Shown here piece after piece: positions 38,801-47,729 of a stretch of DNA of 64,000 nucleotides (its first letter is position 1; the number at the start of each line of letters is the position of its first letter). A program made the translations under genes and the position numbers. Below the pieces are notes generated by a model. The model searched no databases and was not told the origin of the DNA. It saw only the letters and a program-made list of their open reading frames with translations. The DNA comes from a virus. Where the stretch lies: positions 32,001 to 96,000 of the IMG/VR virus record IMGVR_UViG_3300032047_000003; one strand, given 5' to 3'.

Positions 38801-41800
38801 AAAACCAGAAGAAGCCATTCTGTTTGTCAGCGTTTTGTCTCCTGACAAGTCTAATAAAAAACCACCTTTTTGTTTTGAAAGAAAACTTCTAATTTCTTTT
38901 TCTGATGAATTCTGAACAAACTCATCCACTGAAACTCTTGGAACGTCTTCTTCAAATAAACTTCTGCTTGCAAAAGACTCCATCGTCTTTGAATATTCCC
39001 TTGCCATTGCAATATCTTCACCAGTATTTTTCTTTCTCGAAAGAATAGAAAACATAAAGTTGGAAACTTTTTCTTTGCTAACGCCCATTTCCTGAGTTAA
39101 TTTATGAGACAAAAAATTATATAAACGCGGCTCAATTGATCCCATATTCTGTCCCAAGCTAGAACTTTGAGGACCGATTTCCAAATTAGTCAAACCTAAT
39201 GCGACACCTTTCGAAACTTGTTTTTTTAATTTTTCTATGTACTTTTCGTAAGAACTGTTTTGGTCAACTGGAAGGCCCATTTCTCTATGTGTGTCTCTTA
39301 CTAAATTTTCAAAATCGCTTCCAGATACGCCTTCAACCGAATCGCCAAACATGCTTTTTGCAAAATAACCAAAAGTCAATCCCTGCTTTTCTATTGCTGT
39401 ATCGCTAATGTCGGTACCATATTTTTTAACTGCTAATTTTATTGCATTTTTTACCAAAGTATTATTTTGCTGAGATACGCTAAGATCGTTAAAAGCTTCT
39501 AGCGACATACCCCCTCTTTTGGTATCTGTCACTAAGCTTTCCAACTCTCTGCTAAAATCACTTTTAGCCACTCCCATTAAGATATCCAACGAGCTGCCAA
39601 TTTGCTCTGCTAAGTTCATTGATGCTTTTTTCAACATAGCCGCATCAGTTGTAAAAACGCCGCTAACATTATTATTGGCTGAACCAACTCTTCCAATAAT
39701 TGTATCGGTCAAACTAGAGCTTATTCCAGCTCTTTGTGTCAAAGTAGACCTCATGGTCTTTTCATTTGTTTTTTCAATTGTACCCTTGAACATAGTAGAA
39801 AAGATCTTCATAAAAGGATTATCTGTATCTCTGAAACCAGTAATCGAATACTTCCTAAGACCTCTTCCTTGACTGTCCAGTTCTTCCGTCAAGCCAAACT
39901 CTAAACCTTCAAGACCCGCATATCGCGGCAAGTATTGACGCCTTCCATCAATCATTCCAAGGTACAATCCAAAATTATCTTCCTTTGCTCCAAACAATCT
40001 AAAGAAATCAGTTATATCAGAATATATTAACTGGTTGGATTCAATTCTAACTTTACCTTCTAGACCTTTTTTAGTAATTAAATCGCTAACCACCTTGGAA
40101 GTTTTTTGAGTTTCTCCTCCCTTCACAACGCTTCCAAAAAAATCTGTAACAAATTCGCCCTGAGCATTTGTTCTCGTTCCAATATTGATATTTCGAATGC
40201 TTTCATCCCCCGTAGCAACTCTATGCTTTAGCTCTTCAAAAAGCACATTAGAGGCTCCCCCAAATTGTTGTGGATCGTAAACAGGTTTATTTATAGCTTT
40301 AGTAACTACTGTTTCTCCAAAATAATTTGCGGTACCTTCTCCTATTCCAAAAATATTTCTTCCCAAATTAAAAACATCTTTATCTCCTTTTCTTGACCCA
40401 GCTAAGACGTCCATAACAGCAATGCCCTTTGGTCTTCGCATTTCTACGCCTCCTTCATAAAGATTGATTGGCGGCGATTGATTTCCGGGATGCATATTGT
40501 ATCCAGCCCTACGTTTGCCTCCTCCCTGTCTTAAAAACTCTTCTCTATTGTACATCTGCCTAAATCTTGCAGTAATCGGCTGAGTTGCTCTATTGGTTAA
40601 AAGCCCTCCAAACTGCCTTTGAGCAGTTTCTATAACTCCGTCAGCAAAATTGCCCCCATACATCTGTTGCAAGAAAGCGCTACGCAATCCAATATCTCCC
40701 ATGCTTTGATTAAAATTACCAGAAGTAAATGGATTTGCTGAAAAGCCAAATAGATCCATTACTTGAGAAAGCATAGGTCTGAGATCCTTTTGATCTGCAG
40801 GCCCCAATCCTAAAGGGTTTATTATCTTCAAGCTATGTCCAGTTTGCCTATACTTTTGCTCTAGAAACATGGAGGTAGTTTCAGAGCCCGTAGAGCCTGT
40901 CCGAGCGCCAAACCTATCGATAAACTCTAAAGATTGCTGCATATTTTGATTTATTAAACTTATATCTCTAGAAGAAACTTTATCAATTCCACCTCTTTTG
41001 TCGACATTCGATATAAACATTTCCGCCAACGCTTGCTCCGGAGTCATAAACTTTCCTTTGGAAATTTTATCTAAAATCATTTGTTTCCTACCTGCAACGT
41101 CTTTTATTTTTGCTACCTCATTTAAATCTGACGCCTTAGCGTAAACTCCAGAACCCGCATACATGGTATTCATATTTCCATATCTAACTGGAAAAACTCC
41201 CTGACTGCTAAAATTACCCAAGCTCAAAGGTAAACTTTGAAGCTTTCTTCCACCTCTGTGTATTTCTACATAAGGCACCACTCCCGTTGTACTGCCTACT
41301 CTTTCCGTTCTAGTGTTAAATTGAAACGAGACTCCCGATCCAGAAAAAGCACTTTCTAAAGCTTGAAAAACTTTTGTGTTTTTGTATTTATTTATTAAGC
41401 CACTGCCTGATTCTATTGAATTCAATCCAGGTTGTATTCCCGAAAGGTTAACCTTTTGAGGTTGAACTAAAAGATCTGAAACGGGATGAAAAGGACTACT
41501 AGCGTATCCTGAAATTTTACTAATCCTATTGCTTCCAGAGGTTTCCGATTCAACAATTTCGTTAATTATTTCTTTTAAAGAATCAGAGTTTTGAGTTAAA
41601 TTTAATTCTCCTTGAAAAGACTGTTGAATTAAGTCTTCGACTACTTTCATCATAGTTCCAGTGCTATCTGAAATATTTGGATCTGCTAATACGGTTTTTA
41701 AATTAGCCAAAAAAGCAGTTTGTTCTTCCGCTTGCCTGACTGCTAATTTTCCTAAAAACTCATCAACATTTTTGAATCTTTTAATCGCGTTTTCTTTTGC

Positions 41801-42058
41801 AGCGGCTTTCACTTGAGACCTGACCATCTGATACCGGTCGAAAGACTCACCTACTTTCGAATGCACATCTCCCATCTGATTAGTAGGTAGATTTGCTAAA
41901 AAATTAGGATTATTAGACTTCATAGATTGAACGCTTTGATAGGACGCAAATCCTAATGGTCCTAAACCAAAAGCAGTATTAAGTAAAGCATTTCCTTTTG
42001 CTTTTAAATCATCAACAGTGTCTGAATCTTTATTAAAAAACGGTAATTTAAAAGCCAT
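35894..42058 (-). CDS. Putative single-chain two-barrel (double-psi beta-barrel) virion RNA polymerase with tape-measure-like termini
   Basis: GDFDGD (DFDGD at 37223-37237), RHP (~37853-37861), LRGK (~38534-38545) and MKIFSTMFKGT (~39779-39811) occur in beta-then-beta' order. Start moved from the GTG at 42064 to the ATG at 42058, which follows a GAGGTG SD. Confidence 0.75.
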   Translation of the reverse strand: MAFKLPFFNKDSDTVDDLKAKGNALLNTAFGLGPLGFASYQSVQSMKSNNPNFLANLPTNQMGDVHSKVGESFDRYQMVRSQVKAAAKENAIKRFKNVDEFLGKLAVRQAEEQTAFLANLKTVLADPNISDSTGTMMKVVEDLIQQSFQGELNLTQNSDSLKEIINEIVESETSGSNRISKISGYASSPFHPVSDLLVQPQKVNLSGIQPGLNSIESGSGLINKYKNTKVFQALESAFSGSGVSFQFNTRTERVGSTTGVVPYVEIHRGGRKLQSLPLSLGNFSSQGVFPVRYGNMNTMYAGSGVYAKASDLNEVAKIKDVAGRKQMILDKISKGKFMTPEQALAEMFISNVDKRGGIDKVSSRDISLINQNMQQSLEFIDRFGARTGSTGSETTSMFLEQKYRQTGHSLKIINPLGLGPADQKDLRPMLSQVMDLFGFSANPFTSGNFNQSMGDIGLRSAFLQQMYGGNFADGVIETAQRQFGGLLTNRATQPITARFRQMYNREEFLRQGGGKRRAGYNMHPGNQSPPINLYEGGVEMRRPKGIAVMDVLAGSRKGDKDVFNLGRNIFGIGEGTANYFGETVVTKAINKPVYDPQQFGGASNVLFEELKHRVATGDESIRNINIGTRTNAQGEFVTDFFGSVVKGGETQKTSKVVSDLITKKGLEGKVRIESNQLIYSDITDFFRLFGAKEDNFGLYLGMIDGRRQYLPRYAGLEGLEFGLTEELDSQGRGLRKYSITGFRDTDNPFMKIFSTMFKGTIEKTNEKTMRSTLTQRAGISSSLTDTIIGRVGSANNNVSGVFTTDAAMLKKASMNLAEQIGSSLDILMGVAKSDFSRELESLVTDTKRGGMSLEAFNDLSVSQQNNTLVKNAIKLAVKKYGTDISDTAIEKQGLTFGYFAKSMFGDSVEGVSGSDFENLVRDTHREMGLPVDQNSSYEKYIEKLKKQVSKGVALGLTNLEIGPQSSSLGQNMGSIEPRLYNFLSHKLTQEMGVSKEKVSNFMFSILSRKKNTGEDIAMAREYSKTMESFASRSLFEEDVPRVSVDEFVQNSSEKEIRSFLSKQKGGFLLDLSGDKTLTNRMASSGFPSQIYLPGGDNFLELLERERTLIPTDDAFREIDADYIKTLSRFSRSLVEVSKAQSNTEAIGMALRGLDDFKDSMSEFFGISFRKTLRGKMSGSTFGLGGTVDTGRFHDEFLGLKIGRESGEIEITGNVFEKTKSGNYRMNQSVGLQKRVDIFSDFASSLDKQTYDTYVSTMRESKNTRISQKERDAAKRKGMNILNNVVIGKDEMKGYLSKSLGSTNYTNEEKYLMRKIQRVTFGHAVFQDSTSFLNAMSSFSSGVNAQYVMQNAVSKGVDPKQAVKKARVDSKRATRDALQYFFLSSYDQSSPSLANIAIASRHPVMGSAHVEFVGAFRELSELRGKDNIFEKLLETKGGKRAAQDFYNLTGNEVKGFKDLLTFVKQGPKNIQTPSDQHVLDYMKGRNLLKIESMEESLLSMSDPESMAELQQSIDDIKGKNTRIDQAIASGNYDQELQAGMTKIKNRVTVKGERHKVLRSFFDAMRNHMGEISPGVGGGRISIPQFMVDVHYGGKMERMDLSLAGGMIGDFDGDIYQLLFPTRSNLGEKEINLLGKKGKANLENIAKQKLLYRAKTRVLFSMAGEGIDNLRRSIGDVDRSLIEEIAVKARQEQLGKNVGPIDVSFDALRLGIVNTADESTRKVASDALNLLSAIQEVAVIKAKKLPTDIPLAEAISRNINAAIQGDVSAFDTVEKLFKDYLFREVDLDVTFGKTNVVGGGVDVLADSLEGQKVINLFAPGGTNSAEDALSYVMPYLRSLLPHVSEAGYLHAKTERRLSIASKQELGAYHEMFQGLLRNNVQGQLMGSNIEQTTMSDLEEAMRTIGTLMRTNAVEIGSRGRIGSLGVGLAATMALGSGLGYGGYDPVPLSMEGEMVSPELKAAIREGNAFEAGPSQEAVQNMQNSIENDIMNRQINIGQVLADSPGGFQMRGMAHNMRSVSELSYIVGAMGGQSHFTINDTRGPVSENYIRRKFFGD

Positions 42059-45000
42059 ATTCACCTCTAATGTATTGCTCTATAATAGCACTTCTGTCAT
42101 CATTCATGTAGAAAACTCCAGAAGTATTTGTTCCAAATCTATTTACATTCATTTGCCCTGTAAAAGGAACGTTGTCCAATTCAGATCTACCTGCAGTTCT
42201 TAAAACAGAACCTAAGTTTAAGCCTCTTCCCATTTCTTCTACAATTGGGTTTTCTACGCCTTCCAAATAGGGCATTCGGGCCTGAAGCCTTAATCTTTGA
42301 TTATACATGTCTAAGTCTCCTAAATCGATTCCAGTTCTATCTGCATATCTTATCTTTACGTCATCCATTTCTACATCTTCGTGCCATCCCACCCAGTCTG
42401 TGCCTGGCATAGGTTTTTCGTAAAAATATTCTTCCAAGCTGGCCAACTTCATTTTTAAATACCTTTCATCAATTTGATTTTTATAGCCTGGGTTTAAAGT
42501 TGGATCGCCAGCATCCAATCTACTCCAAAGACCTATGTAAAGGTCCCTGTTGTCTTCCGGAACCATTTCAAGAATTCTCTCTCTATCTTTTTCTGAAGCC
42601 ATAGAAAAAGCATCAAAAAAAGCTTTTTCTCCTTCTGGCAATGCTTCGTAAATAGCCATAGCATGAGCCTGAGGATTAACCCCAAAAGTAGTCTTAGAAG
42701 CCCTGTAAAGAGCCTGCCTTTTTAAATTACTATCTCCCATTGCTTCAGCTCTATCTGCAATTTTCATCTGTTGAATGAACTGCAATTTGTCAAAATATTC
42801 ATTAGTTTCATTTGCTTTTCTTCTAAAACCTGGGACGTCGCTATAGCCCATTATATGAGCAGCAGAATAGAAGGAAGGTCTAAACCAATCACGAATAGGC
42901 TTATCCCAAAAAGAATTAACCGTACCATAAAGTCTTTCTTGCTCATAAGACTCTATAGCAGAAATCCCCATGTAAGAAGGATCTGTTAATAGCTTTTGCG
43001 AAGGTCTAAATCCCATTGGAACCAAATATTCTGCAGGGGCTAGCCCTGTTTTTAAAACACTCCTAGCAGTTCTACCTATAGCCCTTGTTGTATCGCCCAG
43101 AAAGGGGATGTCATATGCATCTGGATCCATTTCCCTAATACTTTTGTCAGACATTTTTTCATTAAGCATTTTGTCCGTTTTATCCATGTAGGATTCAACA
43201 GCTCTATTCATTTTGCCCGAAGCTCTTTGCTTGTACATGTTTTCTCTAAGCATAATAAACTCTCTAGAGTGAGGAGCTATATCTGCTAGAATGGAATATT
43301 TAAAAATATCTGGGTAGTTTTCAGGACTTATGTTTTTTAATTCAGGATGAATAGCAGCATAACCTGCTCCAGGAAGTCTTACCTCGCCATACTTTACATT
43401 TCTATATGGATCTCCATATTTAAACCTATCAGGCATCCAAGTAGGCATTGAATTGACAATTGGATTATAGTGTTGAATCATAGACCTTTCTCTTGGCAGA
43501 AAACGTCTAATCGGTTCAGTAGTAAAGAACCCGCCGCCTAGTTCTTTTTTCCAAAAGTCTTCTTTTGCCGAAAACATTTTACCCGCACTTTCTAAAACAG
43601 GTCTTTGTATTCCAAAAGTTTCTTCTCCCGTAAGAGCTTTTGTATACATGTTTTTAGCCCAACCGGTAAGACCTTCAAGCTCTCTAAACTGATACTGCAA
43701 TTCTCCCGCTACAAAACTGCTGGAAAACGGAGACATTGGCTTGCCAGGGCTAATACCCCCCAGCTTTCCGCTAGGCCCTTTGTATTCGTTTCTGTGAGCA
43801 AACTCAACGTCTCCTTGTTCGTTAACCCTCATAAACTCATTTACATGCATCAACTTTGGAGGTTTAATTAAACGGCCTACCGTGGCTGACAAAAGCTTTC
43901 CAATTACCGGCACATTTTCAAAAGCTCCCCCAGTTATAGGATAGGGCCTGTCGTAGTAGTTTTCTCTTTCCAGTTGATAAGTAAAGTTTTCTAACAAAAA
44001 GTTGTGTATCGGAGATCGATTGACTTTATACCTTGCTTTATCTGTCGCCTGAGACATGTAAGCTACATAGTCATGTGGTCTGAAATACGAAACACCCTTA
44101 CCTTCATAAGAACTTCCGCCGCCCTCCCACCAGCGCCCTTTTCTCACCTCTACTAGTTGCCTTCCAGAGTATATTTCATTAAGCTCTGTAGGACCCTTCA
44201 TAGACCCAAGAAGGCCACCAGTTACAAACTGTTGAGCTAGCAGACCTCCAAGAAATAAACTTCCGTATCTGCCAAATTTAGTTTTATAGTTTAATTTCTT
44301 CGCAGCCTCAGTAAAGCCTTCACCTTCTTTTGTTGCTCCAAAAAACGAATGTATTATAGAAGCGTTAGCAGTTTCAATTTTCTTTCTAATCCCGCCAAAC
44401 ATTGAAGTGTCATCTATATACCTTGCGTCAATTTCTTCAAGCTTTCTTAAAAAAGACTGATTCATCGGATTGTTTAACCCTGATTCCATTTCTTTTTTAA
44501 CTGCAAGTCCTTGCTCGAATCTTAACGACAGCTCTTCTTGAATCGCTGCAAGTCCTTTTTCACCGAATTCCCTTTTGCTGACGTCCATAAGTAACGAAGA
44601 CAATTTCATTCTTGAGAAATTAGATTCAGATTCCAATAACTCTCTAAGTAAAATATTTTCGTCAACCGTCATTGCGTCGATTAACGTTCTAGGCCCTTTA
44701 AAAATTCTATCTGCTTTTTCGGTTAAAAACCCTTCGCCCTTTATTCCTGCTTGCGTAAATTCTTTTGCTACTGGAAACTCTGTAAAAAACATCGATCTTA
44801 CAGATTGCTTTTGGTAGTATCGTAAACCTCTACTAACTAAAGCATTTTCGTCAAATGCAATTTCAGGAGAAATGCCTAGTTTTATTTTTTGCGATTCATC
44901 TAACTTTTCATATATTCTGCTAGAGATAGGTTTGCCACTGGCTCCACTGGCTAGAGCCAAAGAAAGACCTACAAAAGCCCCCGTCTTCCAATCGGAAACT

Positions 45001-46286
45001 CCTGGAAGAATGCCTTCCATAGTCCTCCTGTAAGAATTCATGAATGTGACTTCTCCTAAAGCTGCGGTTGCGATATGAGCATTCTTGTACATGGTATAGG
45101 CGCCGGCTCCAATTCCTTGATCGAAGCCGGGCAGTATAAGCTGAGCTGCAAAAGCAGCGCCTGCAAACATTCTAGTTTTTTTAGGATCTAAAGTTTTAAA
45201 TAGTTTTTGAGCAGCATGCCCACCCGCCAAAGAAGTCGCAGCGGAAAATACAACATTTCCTAAAAAACCAGTTTCACTTCTCCAATAGTCGGCTTCTTTT
45301 AAACCTACTCCCAATGCACCGAGCTTAAAGGCTTTAAAGCCAAACCTCATAAACATTTCAGAAGCCCTTCCAGGCTTAACCGTAAGCCCTAAGCCAAAAG
45401 AGCTTTCTAATTTGCTTGAAAGCCTATTAACTACAGGGACTTGCTCTGTAGCAGTTTCAAGAAGTCTGTTGGTTCTGTCTAAGCCAAAAGCAAAAATACT
45501 TCTAAAGAAAGTAAACTTGTCGTTTGACTTCACAGACTTTATCGGAAGGAACATCGATTTGTTTTCTTTTTTTACGTCATCGATTACTTCTGAATAAGAA
45601 AATATCCTTTCAAATGCTCTTCTAGTATTGGTTCCAAAATCATCGGCAAAGCCTTGAGCCAAACCATACGCATAAGCTACCGGATTCGTAACTGGAAGTC
45701 GAGAGCCAAATCTTCCGCTCCTACTATCGAAAGAAGTTCGTTGAAGCAAAGACACCTTGTTCGAAACAAGACGTCTTTCATCTCCCTGTTCGAAGAACAA
45801 AGAACCTTGAGTAGACCCTTTTTCTATCTCATAGGAAAAGCTATATCGACCCTTGCCTATGTCTAAGAAAGCAGACCCAAACTCTTCTTCAAGAACTTTT
45901 AACTCTTTTCCAAATTCTTTTTCAAGAAAAACTCTAGTCTCTTTAGAAGCAGACATTTTTTCATCAAAAACGTACTTATAGAAACCATCTTTTTCAACTA
46001 AATCAAGTCCAGAAGGCGAACTAAATGGAGATAAAAATTCAGCAGGTCTAAAGGTATTAAGTAAAGCGGCAGGCGAATTATACGCTATTTGGCGACCGTA
46101 CCTTCTAACGTGATCTAGATAGGTTCCCTCTCCGTATTTTATCTGACTTGAAGCAAATGCCGCTCCGCCTAGGAGACCAAGACCTCCTAGGTAAAACGCA
46201 CCTCTTTCGGTAGGGTTTTCGTAAGGTTCATATTGCGAAGCACTGTACAGTAAAGACTCGCTACCATATCCAATTCCAGGCGGCAT
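42048..46286 (-). CDS. Tape-measure-like / ejected membrane-associated protein (1412 aa)
   Basis: Occupies the canonical tape-measure slot right after the tail assembly chaperones; helical-looking, with several Gly/Ala-rich hydrophobic segments (LGGLGLLGGAAFA, FAGAAFAAQLILPG, GAFVGLSLALASG, GSLFLGGLLAQQFVTGGLLG). Confidence 0.6.
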   Translation of the reverse strand: MPPGIGYGSESLLYSASQYEPYENPTERGAFYLGGLGLLGGAAFASSQIKYGEGTYLDHVRRYGRQIAYNSPAALLNTFRPAEFLSPFSSPSGLDLVEKDGFYKYVFDEKMSASKETRVFLEKEFGKELKVLEEEFGSAFLDIGKGRYSFSYEIEKGSTQGSLFFEQGDERRLVSNKVSLLQRTSFDSRSGRFGSRLPVTNPVAYAYGLAQGFADDFGTNTRRAFERIFSYSEVIDDVKKENKSMFLPIKSVKSNDKFTFFRSIFAFGLDRTNRLLETATEQVPVVNRLSSKLESSFGLGLTVKPGRASEMFMRFGFKAFKLGALGVGLKEADYWRSETGFLGNVVFSAATSLAGGHAAQKLFKTLDPKKTRMFAGAAFAAQLILPGFDQGIGAGAYTMYKNAHIATAALGEVTFMNSYRRTMEGILPGVSDWKTGAFVGLSLALASGASGKPISSRIYEKLDESQKIKLGISPEIAFDENALVSRGLRYYQKQSVRSMFFTEFPVAKEFTQAGIKGEGFLTEKADRIFKGPRTLIDAMTVDENILLRELLESESNFSRMKLSSLLMDVSKREFGEKGLAAIQEELSLRFEQGLAVKKEMESGLNNPMNQSFLRKLEEIDARYIDDTSMFGGIRKKIETANASIIHSFFGATKEGEGFTEAAKKLNYKTKFGRYGSLFLGGLLAQQFVTGGLLGSMKGPTELNEIYSGRQLVEVRKGRWWEGGGSSYEGKGVSYFRPHDYVAYMSQATDKARYKVNRSPIHNFLLENFTYQLERENYYDRPYPITGGAFENVPVIGKLLSATVGRLIKPPKLMHVNEFMRVNEQGDVEFAHRNEYKGPSGKLGGISPGKPMSPFSSSFVAGELQYQFRELEGLTGWAKNMYTKALTGEETFGIQRPVLESAGKMFSAKEDFWKKELGGGFFTTEPIRRFLPRERSMIQHYNPIVNSMPTWMPDRFKYGDPYRNVKYGEVRLPGAGYAAIHPELKNISPENYPDIFKYSILADIAPHSREFIMLRENMYKQRASGKMNRAVESYMDKTDKMLNEKMSDKSIREMDPDAYDIPFLGDTTRAIGRTARSVLKTGLAPAEYLVPMGFRPSQKLLTDPSYMGISAIESYEQERLYGTVNSFWDKPIRDWFRPSFYSAAHIMGYSDVPGFRRKANETNEYFDKLQFIQQMKIADRAEAMGDSNLKRQALYRASKTTFGVNPQAHAMAIYEALPEGEKAFFDAFSMASEKDRERILEMVPEDNRDLYIGLWSRLDAGDPTLNPGYKNQIDERYLKMKLASLEEYFYEKPMPGTDWVGWHEDVEMDDVKIRYADRTGIDLGDLDMYNQRLRLQARMPYLEGVENPIVEEMGRGLNLGSVLRTAGRSELDNVPFTGQMNVNRFGTNTSGVFYMNDDRSAIIEQYIRGEYGF

Positions 46287-46291
46287 AATAC

Positions 46292-46963
46292 TTATCTCCT
46301 TCTACTGTCCAATTTCCTCGCTTGACCTTTGGTTAGGTTCGAGCTCTTTTTGCTATCGGCTATATTATTATAAGCGTCCTCAACATCCATTGGGTTTTGA
46401 TTCTTCATTATAGCAGCATTTTCTGCTGCAAAGTCAATTCCATGAGATGGTTTATTTTTCTTTTTAGGCTGCTTGCCCACTTTGCTTAAATCCAAAAGCT
46501 CATAGTCGCTTTGTTTTTTCTTTAAAACATTTTCAGAAATACTAAACTTTTCAATAAACTCTACTCTCGTCCAAGACTCTATATCTTCTAAAGAGTACAT
46601 GGGGAAAGCTGTTACTATCACTGCTCTCATATACTCATGCAAAGTATCGGGCGGATTCTTTCTTCTAAAAGAACTTATATCTGAAATGATCGTTTTCGTA
46701 TCGCAATCACCAGATAAAAAAAGTATAAGCTTACCCAAAGAAACAGTTATTCCAGCATGCAAGGATTCAGGCAGCAAGCCTGTGTTACCTACATAGCAGT
46801 ACTTGAAAACTTGTTCTTCTAACTCGTTTGGAAGGAAAATCCCAGACGATCTTAGCGAAACAATCTTTCTGTACTCTTTTATAGATAAAAGCTTGTATCT
46901 AAACACTCCAATTCCAGGAATTTGAGTAGAATAAAGGTCTGTTTTGAGTAAGCTTTCTAACAC
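46292..46963 (-). CDS. Tail assembly chaperone (paralogue 2)
   Basis: FRYKLLSIKEYRKI...FKYCYV...HAGITVSLGKLILFLSG mirrors the upstream chaperone; GTG start 4 nt after the upstream stop. Confidence 0.65.
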   Translation of the reverse strand: MLESLLKTDLYSTQIPGIGVFRYKLLSIKEYRKIVSLRSSGIFLPNELEEQVFKYCYVGNTGLLPESLHAGITVSLGKLILFLSGDCDTKTIISDISSFRRKNPPDTLHEYMRAVIVTAFPMYSLEDIESWTRVEFIEKFSISENVLKKKQSDYELLDLSKVGKQPKKKNKPSHGIDFAAENAAIMKNQNPMDVEDAYNNIADSKKSSNLTKGQARKLDSRRR

Positions 46964-46967
46964 GGAA

Positions 46968-47717
46968 TTACAACTGTGTCGTCAATAGCATCAATTGTTG
47001 CGGAGATAAAAATCCAGATTGAATCATAATTGCTTCATACAAGCCGTCTACAACTCCTGCTCTAGAGTTATAAAAGAACTCAACAGGCAATGGCTTTGGC
47101 CACAAAACGCAATTCTGTACAACTTTTTCTTTCAACATGTTTTCAATGTTAATGTCTCCAGTCTCTTGCGCTTTTCTTACAATTTCTTGAATTTTCTGAT
47201 GTTGTCCCCTAGTAAGGAATGAATAAATATACACGTCTGACTCACTAAAAGCCATAACGTAAACAGAGTTTCTTCCTCTTTGCTGCTTCCACAAGTTGAT
47301 CTGAGCTTCGTTCGGTGCGTTTTTTAACTTCCCTAAAGCGCCCAAAATTTGATTTTTCATTGCGTCTTCATTGCTTTCCGGAGCTGTTGCTTCTTCTGTT
47401 GCAGAATTGACAGCTGCTTTTTTTTCTGCCAGCTTTCTCTCTAGCTCTTCTAATTCGTTTTCTAAACTTTGCGATTCCATCATTTCCTCTCTTTGAATTA
47501 CTTTCTTTTGTTTTGAATTTTTTCTTACGATCTTTCTAGCGCCAGTATCGCTTTTCATTTTCTTTTCACTTGGTAACTTTTTGTTGCTTTCGTTTATCTC
47601 TTCATTGAAGTCTTCCAAGTGTTCAAGTATTTCGTCACCCGTAGGGGAAACGCTTTTTAAAGCATTCATTTGCTTTTGATTTAAATCTGCACCAAGTTTA
47701 ATTTTTTCTTGATTCAT
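46968..47717 (-). CDS. Tail assembly chaperone (paralogue 1)
   Basis: INLWKQQRG...YIYSFLTRGQHQKI...VVQNCVLWP...AGVVDGLYEAIMIQSGF pattern; lies between tube genes and tape-measure slot; charged N-terminal extension. Confidence 0.7.
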   Translation of the reverse strand: MNQEKIKLGADLNQKQMNALKSVSPTGDEILEHLEDFNEEINESNKKLPSEKKMKSDTGARKIVRKNSKQKKVIQREEMMESQSLENELEELERKLAEKKAAVNSATEEATAPESNEDAMKNQILGALGKLKNAPNEAQINLWKQQRGRNSVYVMAFSESDVYIYSFLTRGQHQKIQEIVRKAQETGDINIENMLKEKVVQNCVLWPKPLPVEFFYNSRAGVVDGLYEAIMIQSGFLSPQQLMLLTTQL

Positions 47718-47729
47718 TCATTCTCCTTA

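Noticed and set aside
23916-46286. Inteins or introns explaining the giant ORFs
   Set aside because: No intein splice-junction or LAGLIDADG/HNH motifs were recognised by eye and the frames are uninterrupted; a profile search would be needed to exclude them fully.
46955-47000. Programmed -1 frameshift between the tail chaperones
   Set aside because: No XXXYYYZ heptamer near the junction; the downstream gene is in the +1 frame and closed by a TGA shortly upstream.
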